Source: the human T2T-CHM13v2.0 reference genome, Homo sapiens. Taken from it: a DNA stretch of 64,000 nt. Positions 45,771 to 59,163 of the stretch are shown here, piece after piece. Each line of letters begins with the position of its first letter. Within the stretch, counting starts at the first letter, position 1. A program made the translations under genes and the position numbers. Location: NCBI RefSeq assembly GCF_009914755.1, contig NC_060927.1; one strand, given 5' to 3'. The notes under the pieces were generated by a model. It was not told the DNA's origin, searched no databases, and worked only from the letters and a program-made list of their open reading frames with translations.

Positions 45771-45970
45771 ATGGGTAGCCATTCATCTTCAGTCTGTACC
45801 CCTTTCACATGCATCCAGAACCTCTGGGACTCCTTTAAAACATGCCTTCTTTTTTCCTTTCTTCTCCTTGGATTTCTCTTCACTAATAGGTAGTTGTGTC
45901 TCTGTACTATGAGGCACTCCCCTCAGATGCATCCTCCAAACTAGAAAGAGTTAATTTCCCAAACCTTAAA
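45771..45970 (+). pseudogene. Gammaretroviral (ERV1) gag matrix N-terminus remnants
   Basis: MGSHSSSVCTPFTCIQNLWDSF from ATG 45771, and a second TPLRCILQ motif at about 45916; both resemble ERV1 gag TPLxCILxxW. Confidence 0.6.
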
Positions 45971-47759
45971 CTGGTTGGCTTAGGATTGGGTTCAGAGAAA
46001 GCAATAAAAAATAAAGTATCTAGGAATACGTCTAACCAAGTAGGTGAAAGATCTCTACAAGGAAATCTACAAAACATCATTGAAAGAAATCATAGATAAT
46101 ACAAATGGAAAAACATTCCATGGATTGGAAGAATTAATATTATTAAAATGGCCATATTGCTCAGAGCAATCTACAGATTCAACACTATTCCTATCAAACT
46201 ACCAATGTCGTTTTTCACAGAATTGGAAAATAACTATTCTAAAATTCACATGGAACCAGAAAAGACCCCAAATTCCCAAAGCAATCCAAAGCAAAAGGTA
46301 AAGCCGAGGTATCACATTACCTGACTTCAAACTGTGCTGTAAGGCTATAGTAACCAAACAGCATGATACTGGTTCAAAAACAGACAGACTGATGCAACAG
46401 AATAGAAAATTCAGAAATAAAGCTGCACAGCTACAGTAATCTTATCTTCTACAAAGGCAACAAAAATTAACAATGGGGAAAAGTCCTCTTATTCAATAAA
46501 TGGCACTGGGATAGCAGGCTAGTCATATGCAGAATAAAACTGGATTCCACTTTTCACCATACACATTAATTAACTCAGGATGGATTGAAGATTTAAATTT
46601 AAGATCTCAAATGATAATAATTATACTAAAAACCTAGGAAATACCCTTCTGATATTGGCCTTGTCAAATAATTGATGACTATGTCCTCAAAAACAATTGC
46701 AACCAAACCAAAAATTGACAAGCAGGACCTAATTAAACTGAAGAGTTTCTGCACAGCAAAAGACACTTCCAACAGAGTAAACAGACAACCCACAGAATGC
46801 AATGAAGTATTTGCAAACTATGCATCTGTCAAAGGTCTAATATTCAGAATCTACAAGGAACTTAAACAATTCAAAAAGCAAAAATCATTCCATTAAAAGG
46901 TGAGCAAAGAGCATAAACAGACACTTCTTAAAAGATGACATATACATGATCAACAAACGTGAAAAAATTCTCAACATCCCTAATCATCAGAGAAATGCAG
47001 ATCAAAACCACAACTGAGATACAATCTCACACCAGTCATCATGGCTATTACTAAAAAGTCAAAAAATAACAGATGCTGATGAGGCTGCAGGGAAAAGGGA
47101 ATGTTTATACACTGTTGGCAGGAACGTAAATTAGTTCAGCCACTGTGGAAAGCAGTCTGAAGATTTCTTAAAGAACTAAAAACAGAACTACCATTTGACC
47201 TAGGAATGCTGTTACTGGGTAAATACCCAAAGGAAAATAAATCATTGTACCAAAGAGACACATGCTCTCATATGTTCATCACAGCACTCTTCACAATCAT
47301 AAAGACATGGACTAAATCTAGATGTCCATCAATGGGGGATTGAAGAAAATGTGGTACATATATATCATGGAATACTGCACAGCCATAAAAAAATGAAATC
47401 ATGTCTTTTGCAGCAACACGGATGAAGTTGGAGGCCATTATCTTAAGTGAATTAGCAGGAACAGTAAACCAAACACTGCATGTTCTCACTTGTAAGTGGG
47501 AGCTAAGCCTTGGGTACACATGGTCATAAAGATGGAAACAATATTAGGCACTGGAGACTACTAGAGAGGGGCGAGATGAAGCCTGCAAGGGTTGAAAAAC
47601 TACCTATTGGGTACTATGCTCATTACCTGGGTAATGGAATCATCCATACTCCAAACCTCAGCATCACACAATATACTCATGTAATGAACCTGCACACATA
47701 CCCCCTGAATCTAAAATAAATTTTGAAATTACTGAAGAAGAGAAACAAAAGGAGGAAAT

Positions 47760-47999
47760 CTTATGGGAGTCAAAGACACTGTGGGTCTTGGTGCTGCCCC
47801 ATGCCAATAAGGTGAACTGATAGATCAATCACAATGAGTATGAGTTGCCATACTGCTATTGCTCTTCAGAACTTAAAACATATGGCTGCTTCTGCACTTC
47901 TGTCTTCTCATGGAAAATATCTTTTGTGGCCAATGCTGCCGAGAACCACATGAGAAATATAGTTCCAGGCTGGCTGAATTGACACATAGAGAGCTAACA
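47760..47999 (-). mobile_element. Old ERVL LTR fragment (LTR33/LTR41-like)
   Basis: gaaatatagttccaggctggctgaattgacacata. Confidence 0.4.
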
Positions 48000-48029
48000 A
48001 AGTTGCATAACTAGTCTATATATATATGC

Positions 48030-48930
48030 TATTGCAGCATTCCTATCTTTTCTCCACATGAACTTTGGGTGACGTTTTCAGAGTGTAACAGATCGTATCG
48101 TTCATCAGTTTAAAACACATAAGGGGATTCCCTTTACTCTAAGTTTAAAGACAATCTCCCAACCTGGCCTTTTAAATCCTGTGTAGTTTGGCCTTTTCCT
48201 TCCTCTTCAGTCTCATCTTGTACCATGTTTCCCTCACCCTTTGAACTACAGCCGCAGTGCAGTTTTTTCCTTCCTTCAAAGTTACTGTATTCCTGCACGG
48301 TCTCTGCATGTGATATTCTCTCTGCTTGCACTGTTCTTTTTGTGTTTCATTGGATCAGTTCCTGCTCCCTTTAGCTTTGACCTTAATTTTAAATTATTTA
48401 AAGAATCTTCTGTTATTGCTCCTATTAAGTCAAATGTCTTTATTATGTGCTTCCATGGTGCCACATATTTCACATTCCTGGCCCTTATCAAAGCTTCATT
48501 TTTAATTTAGTTGTAGTTATTTAACTAATATCTGTCTCCTCTTAATGTTGTGTGCTCTAGGGCAAGGGTCAGCATTTTTTTTTCTTCAAAAGATAAGAAG
48601 TCAGTACTTTAGACTCTGTTGCAACTACTCAACCTTGTTGTAGTCCAAAAGCAGCCATACACAAAATGTAAATGAATGAGTGTGGTTGTGTTTTATCAAA
48701 ACTTTATTTGTAAAAATAAGTAGTAGGCTATATTTGGCCCACAGCTCTGAAGTTTGCCAACCTCTAATCTGGAACATCAGGCAATGTTTATTTTGCTTAC
48801 CATTATATTTTCAGTCCCTAGCACATTGCTTTATTCAATATATACCAATATATAGTTGCTGAATGAATAAATGAGTACCAATGAATGAATAAATGAGTAA
48901 CAGTATATAGTTGCTGAATGAATAAATAAA
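48030..48930 (+). mobile_element. L2 3' fragment with (TGAA)-type tail, split by MER58A
   Basis: gtccctagcaca...gttgctgaatgaataaatg. Confidence 0.75.
48563..48766. mobile_element. MER58A hAT-Charlie DNA transposon
   Basis: caagggtcagca...gcaactactcaac...aaagcagccata...aaaactttattt...gtttgccaacctcta; left flank ctctaggg resembles the Charlie NTCTAGAN target. Confidence 0.85.
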
Positions 48931-49499
48931 TTATATTTGTTTTCATACAGACTTTGGCCATTCTGTCTTCCACGGTATCCAAACCATTTACGCTACCAGG
49001 AATACCTTCTCCCAATCCAAATTGTATGTCACTTCTCAATACTCTTCTTGTTTACCACTTTTTTCATAAAACCATCTGTCATTACCCAAGTTTCCAGTAT
49101 TGGGGTATTCCAAACTCTAACAGAAGTTATTTTCTGTACCAGTAATTTGACTGAATACACTTATATGACTGTACAGTTCAACAAGGCACTTTCCCAAAGT
49201 TTGGCATTTTGGACGAAAATGCCCTAAGTCCTGCTTATCTCTAGGCAGTGAGAGAGGAAAAAATAGTGAGACTCAAACAAAAAAAAAATGTTGACAAATT
49301 ATTCTGTTGCATATATGTCAACAAAAATGCCCTACACTGCAACAGGTACTAGGGCTTGGGTAAGATGTGGTCCTCCAAATGCAGAGTTCAAGACAGGCTT
49401 CACTGAGGTGATGACATTTGAGGTAAATCTAAAGAAGTCAACGTATTACTTATATTTGGTTTAGTATAATATGAGGGACTTACTTTGTTTAGCCCACCC

Positions 49500-49860
49500 C
49501 AAATTTTCATTACAAAAATTTTAAAACATAAAGTTGAAAAAAATTAATTCGATGAACACCTGAGTAGTTACCATTTAGAGTCAACAATTTTTAACATTCT
49601 ATATTTGCTTTATCTTCCCTCTGTACTTTTTTCTGACCCATAAGTTACAGACATCAACCATTCTCTCTTAATTCATGTGCAGTTACTAAAAGTAAGAACT
49701 TCTCTCACATAACCATAATATCATCAGCAATACTTCCCTACTTCATCTAATATTCAGGCCATAATCAAATTCCCCACTTATTACACAAACTGTCTTTTAT
49801 AGCTCCATTTTTAAAAAGCTCATGATCCAATCCACTTGATTATTGAGTCTGACTCTTAAA
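49500..49860 (-). mobile_element. L1MC/ME 3' UTR fragment
   Basis: aagttacagacatc; cataaccataata; catctaatattcag. Confidence 0.55.
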
Positions 49861-52800
49861 AGAAAACATGGGAATTTTGGAATATGAAGTAGATAAAAAG
49901 TTCATAATAAAGAATAGCAGGTGAAAATTACAGGAGTTCTCTTGAGGGAATAGCAGAGTAATATTTTGTGACCCAATAGCCAACAGAATTGGTGGGAAAT
50001 GCCTTTGGAGGAGAATGACAAGCCAGATCATGAATGATCTTGAATATTAAGCAAAGGAGCTTTGAACTTATTTCTGTTGAGGTGGGTTTTACCATCCCAT
50101 AATTTTTGACAATGTTGAGATTGAATACTGGACTGTAGAACAATCTCACTAGCATGATTCATTAGCTCTAGTCTCTTTTTACCTAACCCTTTTCACTGCA
50201 GCATCTTAGATGATCAGATTTTTAAAGCAGCCCTCTCCAACTATTAGTCTACAGCTGACCATATGCAGATCTTTTTCAAAGGATAGGAAATTTAGCTTAT
50301 GATTAAAGGGACATCTGGGCACACTCTTCCAGCAAGGGACTGATTTACCTCCTCACAGATTACCCTGGCAGTCCTAGGCAGCTGATGACCACAGGGGAAC
50401 TTGAGCCCTTTCTCTGCCTTCCGGAAGCCAGTCACAGGGACTTTATCACAGCTCTCTAGGGCCGAACCTATGTTGTGCTGGTTGTTAATAAGAATAACCA
50501 TTTGCCTTTTCTGATGTGAAAGTGGAAATTCTTGGAACCAGTTACAATTAGGTTGCTATTGATATGAAAACTACAGTAATTCAGCGTTTTTTTCAGCATT
50601 TTCTCCCTTTATTTATATAGTTGGAGACTCAAAGGCCAATAGAAGTTAAATTACTTCCATGGGGTTCACAGTCCTAGGCAGCATTGAATAACTGCCCTTC
50701 AATGGGCATGGCTATGTGCCAGTCACTGAACTCCACACTCTATTATAGAGTGTCTCTGGAGGGGTTATCTGATGAGCTCAGATAGCATCAGATATGCAGG
50801 AAATTCGTAGTGGCTTTATTTCTCTATACATGCTTTGACTTTTCTGATAGTCCCTCTACACCTTGGATAGCTGTGACAATGTACACTTGCCCATTGTTCT
50901 TTTAATATTTTCCAGTTCTAGTCATCTCTTTTCAGTTTAATCATTTAGTATATTCAAAAAACAACTTCTGATTACAATTATTTAGGGTAAAGCTTAACCT
51001 CTTTGACTTCCTCCTCTTCTCTCAAAGATGGCTTTTGGAGGTATTGGGGAATGGAAAAGTAAAGTAAAAGAAAAAATCCAACTTAATCCTCACTGTCTTA
51101 AGTTGGATTTCCCAGAAGCAGACCTTGAGATGAGGATTCTTTAAAGAAATGCTCCCAAGGAGGCTCTGGGAGAGAGTACACAGGGGAGTTCTAGGACACT
51201 GGTAATAGAAAAGTCCTGCAGCTTAATCTAGTTTTTTGTTATACTGGTGCATTCATCATGTGAAAATTCATCAAGTTGTTCACATCATCTGTAGATTTTT
51301 ATGTATGCGTGCTTTTAAACACTTTTTCTCTTCACCTATACATTTTTTTCTGGCTACTTCTTGCATCAAATTACATGAATATAGAGCAACCCATTTTTTA
51401 AATAAAATTTTTAAATGCAATGTACTTAAGACACATTAAAAAAAATCCAGATGGTGATTTTATTTGTTCACTTATTTTTCAATGTAGAAAATCAGTCATG
51501 AATCAGATTATTTAATTACGGAGAATCAGTATATGAGAATTAAGTTGCAAAGAAAGTATAGGTGTATGTTTAGATCCTTAAATTGCTTAAGTAACATATA
51601 TTCAAAAGTCTATTCAAGTCTATTAGATAACTGAATTGAAATACTATATTTTTAGATACAACCCTGTTGGTTTACTTTCGTTTATAAAGAAACCTAATTA
51701 TCACATACCAAAAGATTCCCTAATAATAAAGTAACTTATTTGAATGCTTATTTATTTTTAATGTTATAAATATTTTTACTTCTTAAATACCATGTCGTCC
51801 TGAAAACCAGTGTAGTTTTATTGGGTCAAATATATTTAGAAATTATATTTTCTTTCTAGAATGAAGTTAAGAACTGGTTAGGAAAGTAAGAAGCAAACTG
51901 TGTTATTTTATGTATATTCAGTTAAATTTTTGCTACACAAATATGACTGACATCACATTTATAATTTTTTGATGAAAAACTATGCTCAACTAATAATCAT
52001 CAGTAGCTCAATGTAAGTTCTATTTTATTGCAGTCAATAATAAAACTGACAATATGGAAAAGAGGATAAAAAGAATATTCTTGTTAAATTAATGAGAAAG
52101 CATGTTGATTATGATGTAGATCTTGAAAGGTTTTTTATCTACTGTGGCATATTTATATATTATTTAGCAATTATGGAAATTAAAATAAAGAAATAAATAC
52201 TTAAATACATAAAGCAGTCAAGCAGGCTCACATTTCTTGGATTTTTATTAATTAAGGAAATACATGTTTAGGAAGAACTCTTAAGAAGAGTAGAGATGGG
52301 CCTGTTTTGGAGGAATATTTTCCATTAAGTAGTGCAAAGACTGAATAAAGGATAATTCCAGCAAACCCTATCTCCCCTGTCAGGTAGAAAATCAAGTACG
52401 AAAAGACTTATGCAGTAAAAATCCTCAGGACAGAAGAGATTTAGTATTGTTAGTTAGGATGGTACAATATTGTTTGTTTTTTTCTGAAGAGAGTGAATTT
52501 ATTTTCAGTTTGATTCAATATAAAAGTCAATATTTCAATGAAACAAAACATCAGTTGTGGCAGGATACTTTTCGAAATGTTGTTTTATGCTGTATTTTAT
52601 TTTATTTTTCCATATCTCATTTAAAGAAGCAAACTAGAACCTATTTTGTCTCTTTACTCAGATACTGTTTACAGACATTAAGCAGAAACTGCTTGAAAAA
52701 AGGTAGACACTTTCTATGTTTTTTAAAAGTGAAAGCCTACATGAACTGAGGAGGAGAGAAAGAATAAATTGGAGAATGGGGGAAGTGAGTGCCAGAGGAT

Positions 52801-52934
52801 AAGGAGATTCCTGTACATTGGAAAACAGTTGAATTATTTGGGAATTTTGGTTTATAGTATTCTGTGGCAACGTCCCAGGAAGGTAACAAGATCTCTGAGA
52901 AAATTGCTCTGTGAAATGCATACAGGTACCTCAT

Positions 52935-53419
52935 TGTGATGGTTAATTTTATGTACCAACTTGATTGTTTTGAGATGCACAGAGAGCTGGTTACACATTA
53001 TTTCTGAGTGTGTTTGTGAAGGAATATCAGGAAGACTAGCATTTGCATTGATAAAGTGAGTCATGAAGATTGCCCTCATCAATTTTGGTCGCATCACCTA
53101 CACAGTTGAAGACTCAAATAGAACAAAAAGGCAGAGGAAGAAGGGCTAGTATGCTGTCTACTTGAGCTGAGACATCCATCTTCTGCCCTTGGACATGGTG
53201 CTCCTGGTTCTTGGACTTTCAGGCTTAGATTGAACTATGTTACTGGTTTTCCTGGACCTCCAGCTTGCAGACAGAAGATCATGGGACTTTTCAACCTCAT
53301 GTGGGCCAATCCTTTGTAATAAATCTCTTTCTGAATCTCTTTTTAATGAATTTTTAAATAAATCTCTTTCTAAATATACTCGACAGTTTTTCTTTCTCTA
53401 GAGAATCCTAGCTCATGTG
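52935..53419 (+). mobile_element. MLT2B-like ERVL solo LTR
   Basis: tgtgatggttaattttatgtaccaacttga...aatagaacaaaaaggcagagg...ctctagagaatcct; TSD ctcat/ttcat. Confidence 0.9.
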
Positions 53420-54399
53420 TTCATGCAGAGGAATTCCTACCTCAGCAAAGATCCATGTCCAAAGAGAAGTTGGACTGGAAGAAATCCCTATGAAATTGGA
53501 CAATTAGCATAACAATGTCAGTATTAGTAGATGAAAATTGGAATTCACATTCTGATCTATTTTCGGGGATGGAGGAGGAGAGAAGGAAGACAGCAGAAGG
53601 GAAAAAGGTAGAACATGTAAATCTCAAGCCACCAGGGAGAGAAAGATCTCTTTTAGGACTGAAATTAAATGCCCTCTAAGTTCAATGAGATGGAAGCCGA
53701 AAGTTGAATTTGAATATACTAAATGCAAATAAAGTATTTTTAGAATATTTCTTGCACGACTGAGTTTGAGGACTGAGACTCTCTTCAATTTTAATATTAA
53801 GTTATTGAACTAGCCACAGTGAGGCAGAACACATACTGAAGAAGAGAATGAGATAGATAGATCAATGCAGGAAGGAAAAGATTCGAGAAGTCACTGAGTG
53901 GAAGCAAACTGTTTAAATATCATTTGTACAGGGCCTGTGCTTAATGTAAAATTTATTAATGGGGTGAAAAATTAGTAATCACAGAGTGAAAAATTTTTGT
54001 GACTGCACTAGAGATGGTTAGAAAAATATGGCCATTAATTTATTAAAAGTACAATATTAATAGTAACATGAAATGCATGAGACAGGATCAGCTGAACCTG
54101 ATATTTCAAGTATAAAGTTGTTGTAGGTCATACCATACTATACACAAAATTTCTTTTACCATGTCTATTTAAGGGATTCCTCATTGATTTCTTAATGAGG
54201 TCAAGTTGGAAATAAATTTCACACTTTATTATATACAAATTAATATAAATAATATTTCCCTACCTGCATTATGGATTTAGTGATTCTTCTTCTGATTATT
54301 AAACAACTAAGAACATGAAAACTGTGAAACAGTACAAATGAGTAGAAATAATATTGCTTGTGATAGAGTATTTTAAAGATAGTGCCTTTTCTTCTGTCT

Positions 54400-54755
54400 C
54401 ATTGGCCATTCCTTCCCAGTCTTCCTGACTTTTCTCTAACATGCCAGCATTCTCTCATCTTAGTGGTTTTGCGATGTCTTTTCCACATAACAGGAGTGTC
54501 TCCACCCAGATATTCATGTAGTGCTAATGCTTTCAGGTCCTTGGAGTCCCAGTTTAAATTTCACCTCAATGAAATTGACTACCTTGTTTTAAATTGAAAT
54601 CCCTTCTGTTGCTTTTTCAATTCACTTGCCTCTTCTGTTCTTTGTTCCATAATACTAATTATCATCTGGCTTGCTATATAATTTATGTATTTTTTATGTC
54701 CACTTTCCATTTCTGCCTTCCTCCATTAAGAATGTAAGCTCCATGAGGACGGAAT
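54400..54755 (+). mobile_element. L2 3' fragment
   Basis: agaatgtaagctccatgaggac. Confidence 0.6.
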
Positions 54756-54854
54756 CCAGCACTTTGCATGCTTTCCCAGCTCCTGTTGGTGTACGTAGGC
54801 TAAGTCCTGTAGCTCAATGGGAGTTGTGGTTTCTTTCCTCCAAAATCAGACTTT

Positions 54855-55407
54855 ATTTATCAGGATCCTCCAGAGAAACAGAACCAATGGAGATATATTA
54901 TAAGGAATTGATTAATATAATTATGATGGCTGAGAAGTCCCACAATCTGCTGTCTGCAAGCTGGAAATCCACAAATGCCAGTAGCCAATGGTGTAGTTCC
55001 AGCCCAAGTCCTAAGGTCTGAGGACCAGGAAAAGAAAGAGCATCACTTTATGTCCAGGTCCAAAGACCCGAGAACCGGTGAACCAATGGTGTAATTCCAG
55101 TCTGAGTCCAAAGGCCTGAGAGCCAGGAGTACTGATTCATCAGTTCCAATCTGAGGGTAGGAGAAGACCAATGTCCCAGCACAAGCAATCAGGCACAGAG
55201 AGAGCAAATTCTCTCTTCCTCCATCTTTTTGTTCTATTCAGACCCTCAGTGTATTGGATGATGCCATCACACTGGGGAGAGCAATCTGCTTTACTCAGTC
55301 TACCTACTCAAATACTAATCTCATCCAAAACACCTGCACAGACTCACCCAGAAATAATGTTTAGCCAAATATCTGGGCACTCAGTAATCCAGTCAAACTG
55401 ACAGATA
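54855..55407 (-). mobile_element. MLT2B3/4-like ERVL solo LTR
   Basis: ctccagagaaacagaaccaat...ggctgagaagtcccacaatctgc...ccagaaataatgttt...ccagtcaaactgaca. Confidence 0.9.
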
Positions 55408-55565
55408 GCAGCCTATTTATATTGGCCTGGGGGCAGAGACTTGAGGAAGATTCTGTGGGGGCTGGAGGGGTGTTTTGTTGTCTTTCAAGGGAATATGTGG
55501 TTTACCAGATTTTCGGGTTCAGTAGCCTAGATAAATCCATCCTGTGTATCAAGTTCCGACCTCTC

Positions 55566-55858
55566 TTTTTTTTTTTTTTTTTTTCAGATGGAGTCTGGAT
55601 CTGTAGCCCAGGATGAAGTGCAGTGGCAAGATCTCAGCTTACTCCACCTCCCAGGTTCACACCATTCTCCTGCCTCAGCCTCCTGAGTAGCTGGGACTAC
55701 AAGGGCCTGCCATCATGCTCGGCTAATTTTTTGTGTTTTTAGTAGAGACAGGGTTTCACCGTGTTAGCCAGGATGGTCTCGATCTCCTGACCTCGTGATC
55801 TGCCTGCCTGGGCCTCCCAAAGTGCTGGGCTTACAGGTGTGAGCCACTGAGCCCGGCC
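55566..55858 (-). mobile_element. AluY-like
   Basis: ttcacaccattctcc and gtgttagccaggatggtctcgatctcctgacctcgtgat; tcaagttcc on both flanks; small internal deletion. Confidence 0.93.
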
Positions 55859-56377
55859 TTCAAGTTCCCTTCTTTTACAACCATTACCGCAGGCCAGCCT
55901 AGCTCACAAGTTTGACAGTTTGGGAGTTCTGCTATTTTTATGTTTAAGTTTTGGGTCTCATCCTCAGCTTTCTCTACCCACCACTTATGGGAGATAACAG
56001 CTTCTTTATATGCTACAAAGAAAGAATTGTAGCTTTCACACATTCAGTCCTTTGTTGTATTTTCCAAAGGTTAATTAAGCTTGGCAAGGGGCATCCAATT
56101 TGACAATCTTTATGGTTATCATTTATCCTGTATTTAATCAAATGCTTGACATATTACACAAGCTAGTGAATTTGTGTCCACTGGTTTACCATCTCAGTTT
56201 ACCCCTGATGAAAACTTGAATAATCATATGGCTATCTTGGCTACCTATGCCAAGTACTATCTGAGCTTCACCTACTATACTGATGGGATCCTCACTGTTA
56301 GTAGGGTGGTACATAATTCAGCTTCAAAATTCCACCATTATGTCTGTTTTCTTTAACCACGTCAAGGGTCAACTCTT

Positions 56378-56846
56378 ATAGGATAGGGGTTGGAGAGACC
56401 CTTGCAACCAGGCCGAGATGAAAATTAGCATGCTGTTTTATTAGCAAGTGCATTCAGAGTCATAAGGGAAGGGAGAGAAGAGGAAGAAAGGGAAGGAAAG
56501 AGGAAGACGAGGGAAGGGAAGGAAGTAGTCTCAGACTGAGGGAGTAATTAGGCTGCATGCAGTCTCAAAACCTTAGTCAATCTCACAGAGTTTTAAATTT
56601 AGAATAACACTTGTGAATATCACAAGTTGGGTGAGGGAGCCAGGAATTTATACCCCTTTGTTAGTCAGTCATTAGAAATGGGCTACCCAATGAAGGGGAC
56701 ATGACCTCAGGTGACTCTTTAGCCAAGACAATTGTAAATCAGACTGGTGGCTGGGAGCTGTTCGCTGACTGCACTCCGAGCAACGAAGGAATGAATCCTT
56801 GAGTCTTGAAGAGAAATCTGCATGGCGCATCTGAGTGTCCAGTGCA
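56378..56846 (-). mobile_element. LTR16-family ERVL LTR (5' LTR of the adjacent internal remnant)
   Basis: tttatacccc...tcagtcatt...gaatccttgagtcttgaagagaaatctg...gtgtccagtgca. Confidence 0.7.
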
Positions 56847-57552
56847 AATACCTTCCATGTCAGTTGCTATGAAATAGATAGGATCAACAGATATTGTCCA
56901 AACAATACTGGGTGATATTACAGTCATGTTTTATTTGCTTAACGTCTTGCTGTTGAATAAGTGAATAACTCACATATATGCTTTTAGGAATTCAATATTT
57001 GGTTATATCCAGTCGGCATGCTGGTCCAAGACAGATCAATACATCCAATATAAAAATGAAAACTTGCAACTAGTGCATAGCTTGAGGACAGTATCTATGT
57101 ATAGAAACACAATGTGTTCAATTTGGCCAAAGCAAATTTGTAAGACTTTTAGAGATTGCACACTTACTGTGTCCAAAAAACCCCTGAAAGACTGAACTGT
57201 AAAAGTAGTATCTATTTTATGGCAATAAGGTATACTATTCTTAGATAACAGGAATCAGTTAAATTGAATTTGAGTTTTTCTAGCACCTAGAAATTACTTC
57301 ATAATTCTATTATCACTAAGTGCAGTAAACAGCAGGGTGTAGAGGATGTCTAAAATTTAATTGGGGAGCTCTATTAAGAGATAAAGAAGACATAAGCCAG
57401 GAAACAGACATTGATTATAGTCCAGAAAATTGAGCTTAAGAGGGGGTTAAGTAAATTAGAATAATAAACTTAATACGTTCTACTAGTTCTATGATATGTC
57501 AATTGTACTGTGAGAAAACTGTTCTGTAGTCAGGAAAATTTACATTTCACTA

Positions 57553-57738
57553 AGTTAAGTAAAATTAATTATTACCATTAACTATAAGGACAAATTTAAA
57601 TTTCAGGACTGAAGGATTCACTCCTTATAGTTAAGTAAAATTATTACTATTAAGTAAATAACTATTGCTACTTACATAGTACTTAATAGCAATACTTAAT
57701 TTTACTTAACTATAAGGACAGATTTTCTTAACTATAGG
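57553..57738. repeat. AT-rich inverted repeat with adjacent direct copies
   Basis: tccttatagttaagtaaaatta (57622-57643) is the exact reverse complement of 57697-57718. Confidence 0.9.
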
Positions 57739-57769
57739 TACTTGCCAGACTCAAATATTTTAAAATACT

Positions 57770-58238
57770 CTGTTAGCACAAGGCTTTTAAGAAGCAGATG
57801 TCAAGATGGGATTAGATGTACAAGAGATAATTTTCGTATTTAAAAAAAAAAAACCCCATGAAGTCTAAAGGGGATGGTAGCAGGAAAATGCAGGAAGAGC
57901 CTTTCTATCATGGTGGAGTTACGACACCCATGAAAGGTGAGATGGAAGGAAGGAGGATTGGGTAGAAGAGCTTCAGAGAAAGTGTCGTCCAGACAATGCG
58001 GAGACCCTGGAACAAAGCTGTCAGTCAGAGGAGTCCTGCATGGCGGGTAATAGTCTGGCTCTAGTACTCTTGCTGTGTCCAATCACAGGCTGAGCATAGC
58101 CCTGGAGGATGTGTGGGCTTTGGTATCAAGGCCTTAATGGATCTGAAGTTGCAGTAGCTGGAGTCTGTCTACTGCCTTTGTTGTCGCAGTTTCTCTTAAA
58201 AGGAAATCTGACTGGCCACAATTTCATGACTACCTACA
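57770..58238 (-). mobile_element. LTR16A-like solo LTR
   Basis: agaagcagatgtcaagatgggattagatgtacaagaga...gtcagaggagtcctgc...ggctctagtac. Confidence 0.75.
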
Positions 58239-58889
58239 TATGGTAATATGCTAATACACTATGAATTTAAAGGAGAGGGATACAGAAAGCTCTCTCCAAA
58301 ATTATTTTTGGCAACATAGCCCTTATAAATGAGTGCTCTGTGACTTGGACATCTGGTGTGAAGAAGATAAAATTGTTTTATTTCTATTTAGAATAACATA
58401 TAACAAAATTTACTAGTCAGGTTTTTTACTAGCAACAGAATAAAATAAAAATAGATGATGTCACCGAAGTAAAAATATATATTGTGAATTAGCAATATCA
58501 TCTGACATACTGTGTGTTCAAAGGGTAAAAAAAATTACTTATCAAATACACTTCAGAATTTCAAATCCCATATTAGATGAATACGTCTTTCTCCACAAAA
58601 CTCTTTTTCTCCCTAAATTTTCAAATGTGTCACTTTCTTTTGGATCTCCCCTCATATTTCTCACTTAAAAAAATAGCGGATGGTTCACTTTTATTACTAC
58701 CGAGTTTGTGCTTACAGTTAAAACAGTTTATGCATTTCAGTTCTTAAGAGAGCCTTATGTATAGAAAATCTTTATAAAAAACAATAGTAAGGTATACCTT
58801 TACAGATGGATGTTTGGAAAAGATCTAAGTACTTGCACTACAAATCTTTGATTCCCTAGTATGTCATTGTGGCCGTTCATATTTCGCGC

Positions 58890-59163
58890 TGTGAGGTGTA
58901 TAGTTAGCTGACAGCCTCCCTCATACCCTCACCCTAACCCCCGATCTTGTGCTGAATGCAACCCATTCTTCTAGCAAGATGCTTTGTGTCAGGGAATCCC
59001 TATCCATTTGGCCAAAGTTTCTTAAAACAGAGCTCTAGTCTGAAACTCTTTCTGCTCAATCCTGCTTTCCCCCTTTCTCTTCCAAAGGCATTTCCCTTAA
59101 CAAATGTCTTGTATGTTGAATCCCAAATTGCTATCTGCTTCTCAAGAGGATGCAAAATAATAG
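58890..59163 (+). mobile_element. LTR16-like 3' fragment
   Basis: caatcctgctttcccc...gttgaatccc...atctgcttctcaagagga. Confidence 0.5.

Larger units (their letters stand above)
54760..56375 (-). mobile_element. ERV3-16A3/ERVL-type internal (leader/gag) remnant, interrupted by MLT2 and AluY
   Basis: Minus strand atggtggaattttgaagctg...gaggatcccatc...ggtgaagctcagatagtacttggcat resembles the LTR16-associated internal start; abuts the LTR16 3' end. Confidence 0.6.

Noticed and set aside
53420-53800. Possible ancient LTR (MamGyp/LTR78-like) flanking MLT2B
   Set aside because: No termini or diagnostic motifs I can verify
56378-58238. Two same-orientation LTR16-type LTRs as ends of one provirus
   Set aside because: They differ too much, the internal remnant lies outside the pair, and the spacer is not ERV-like
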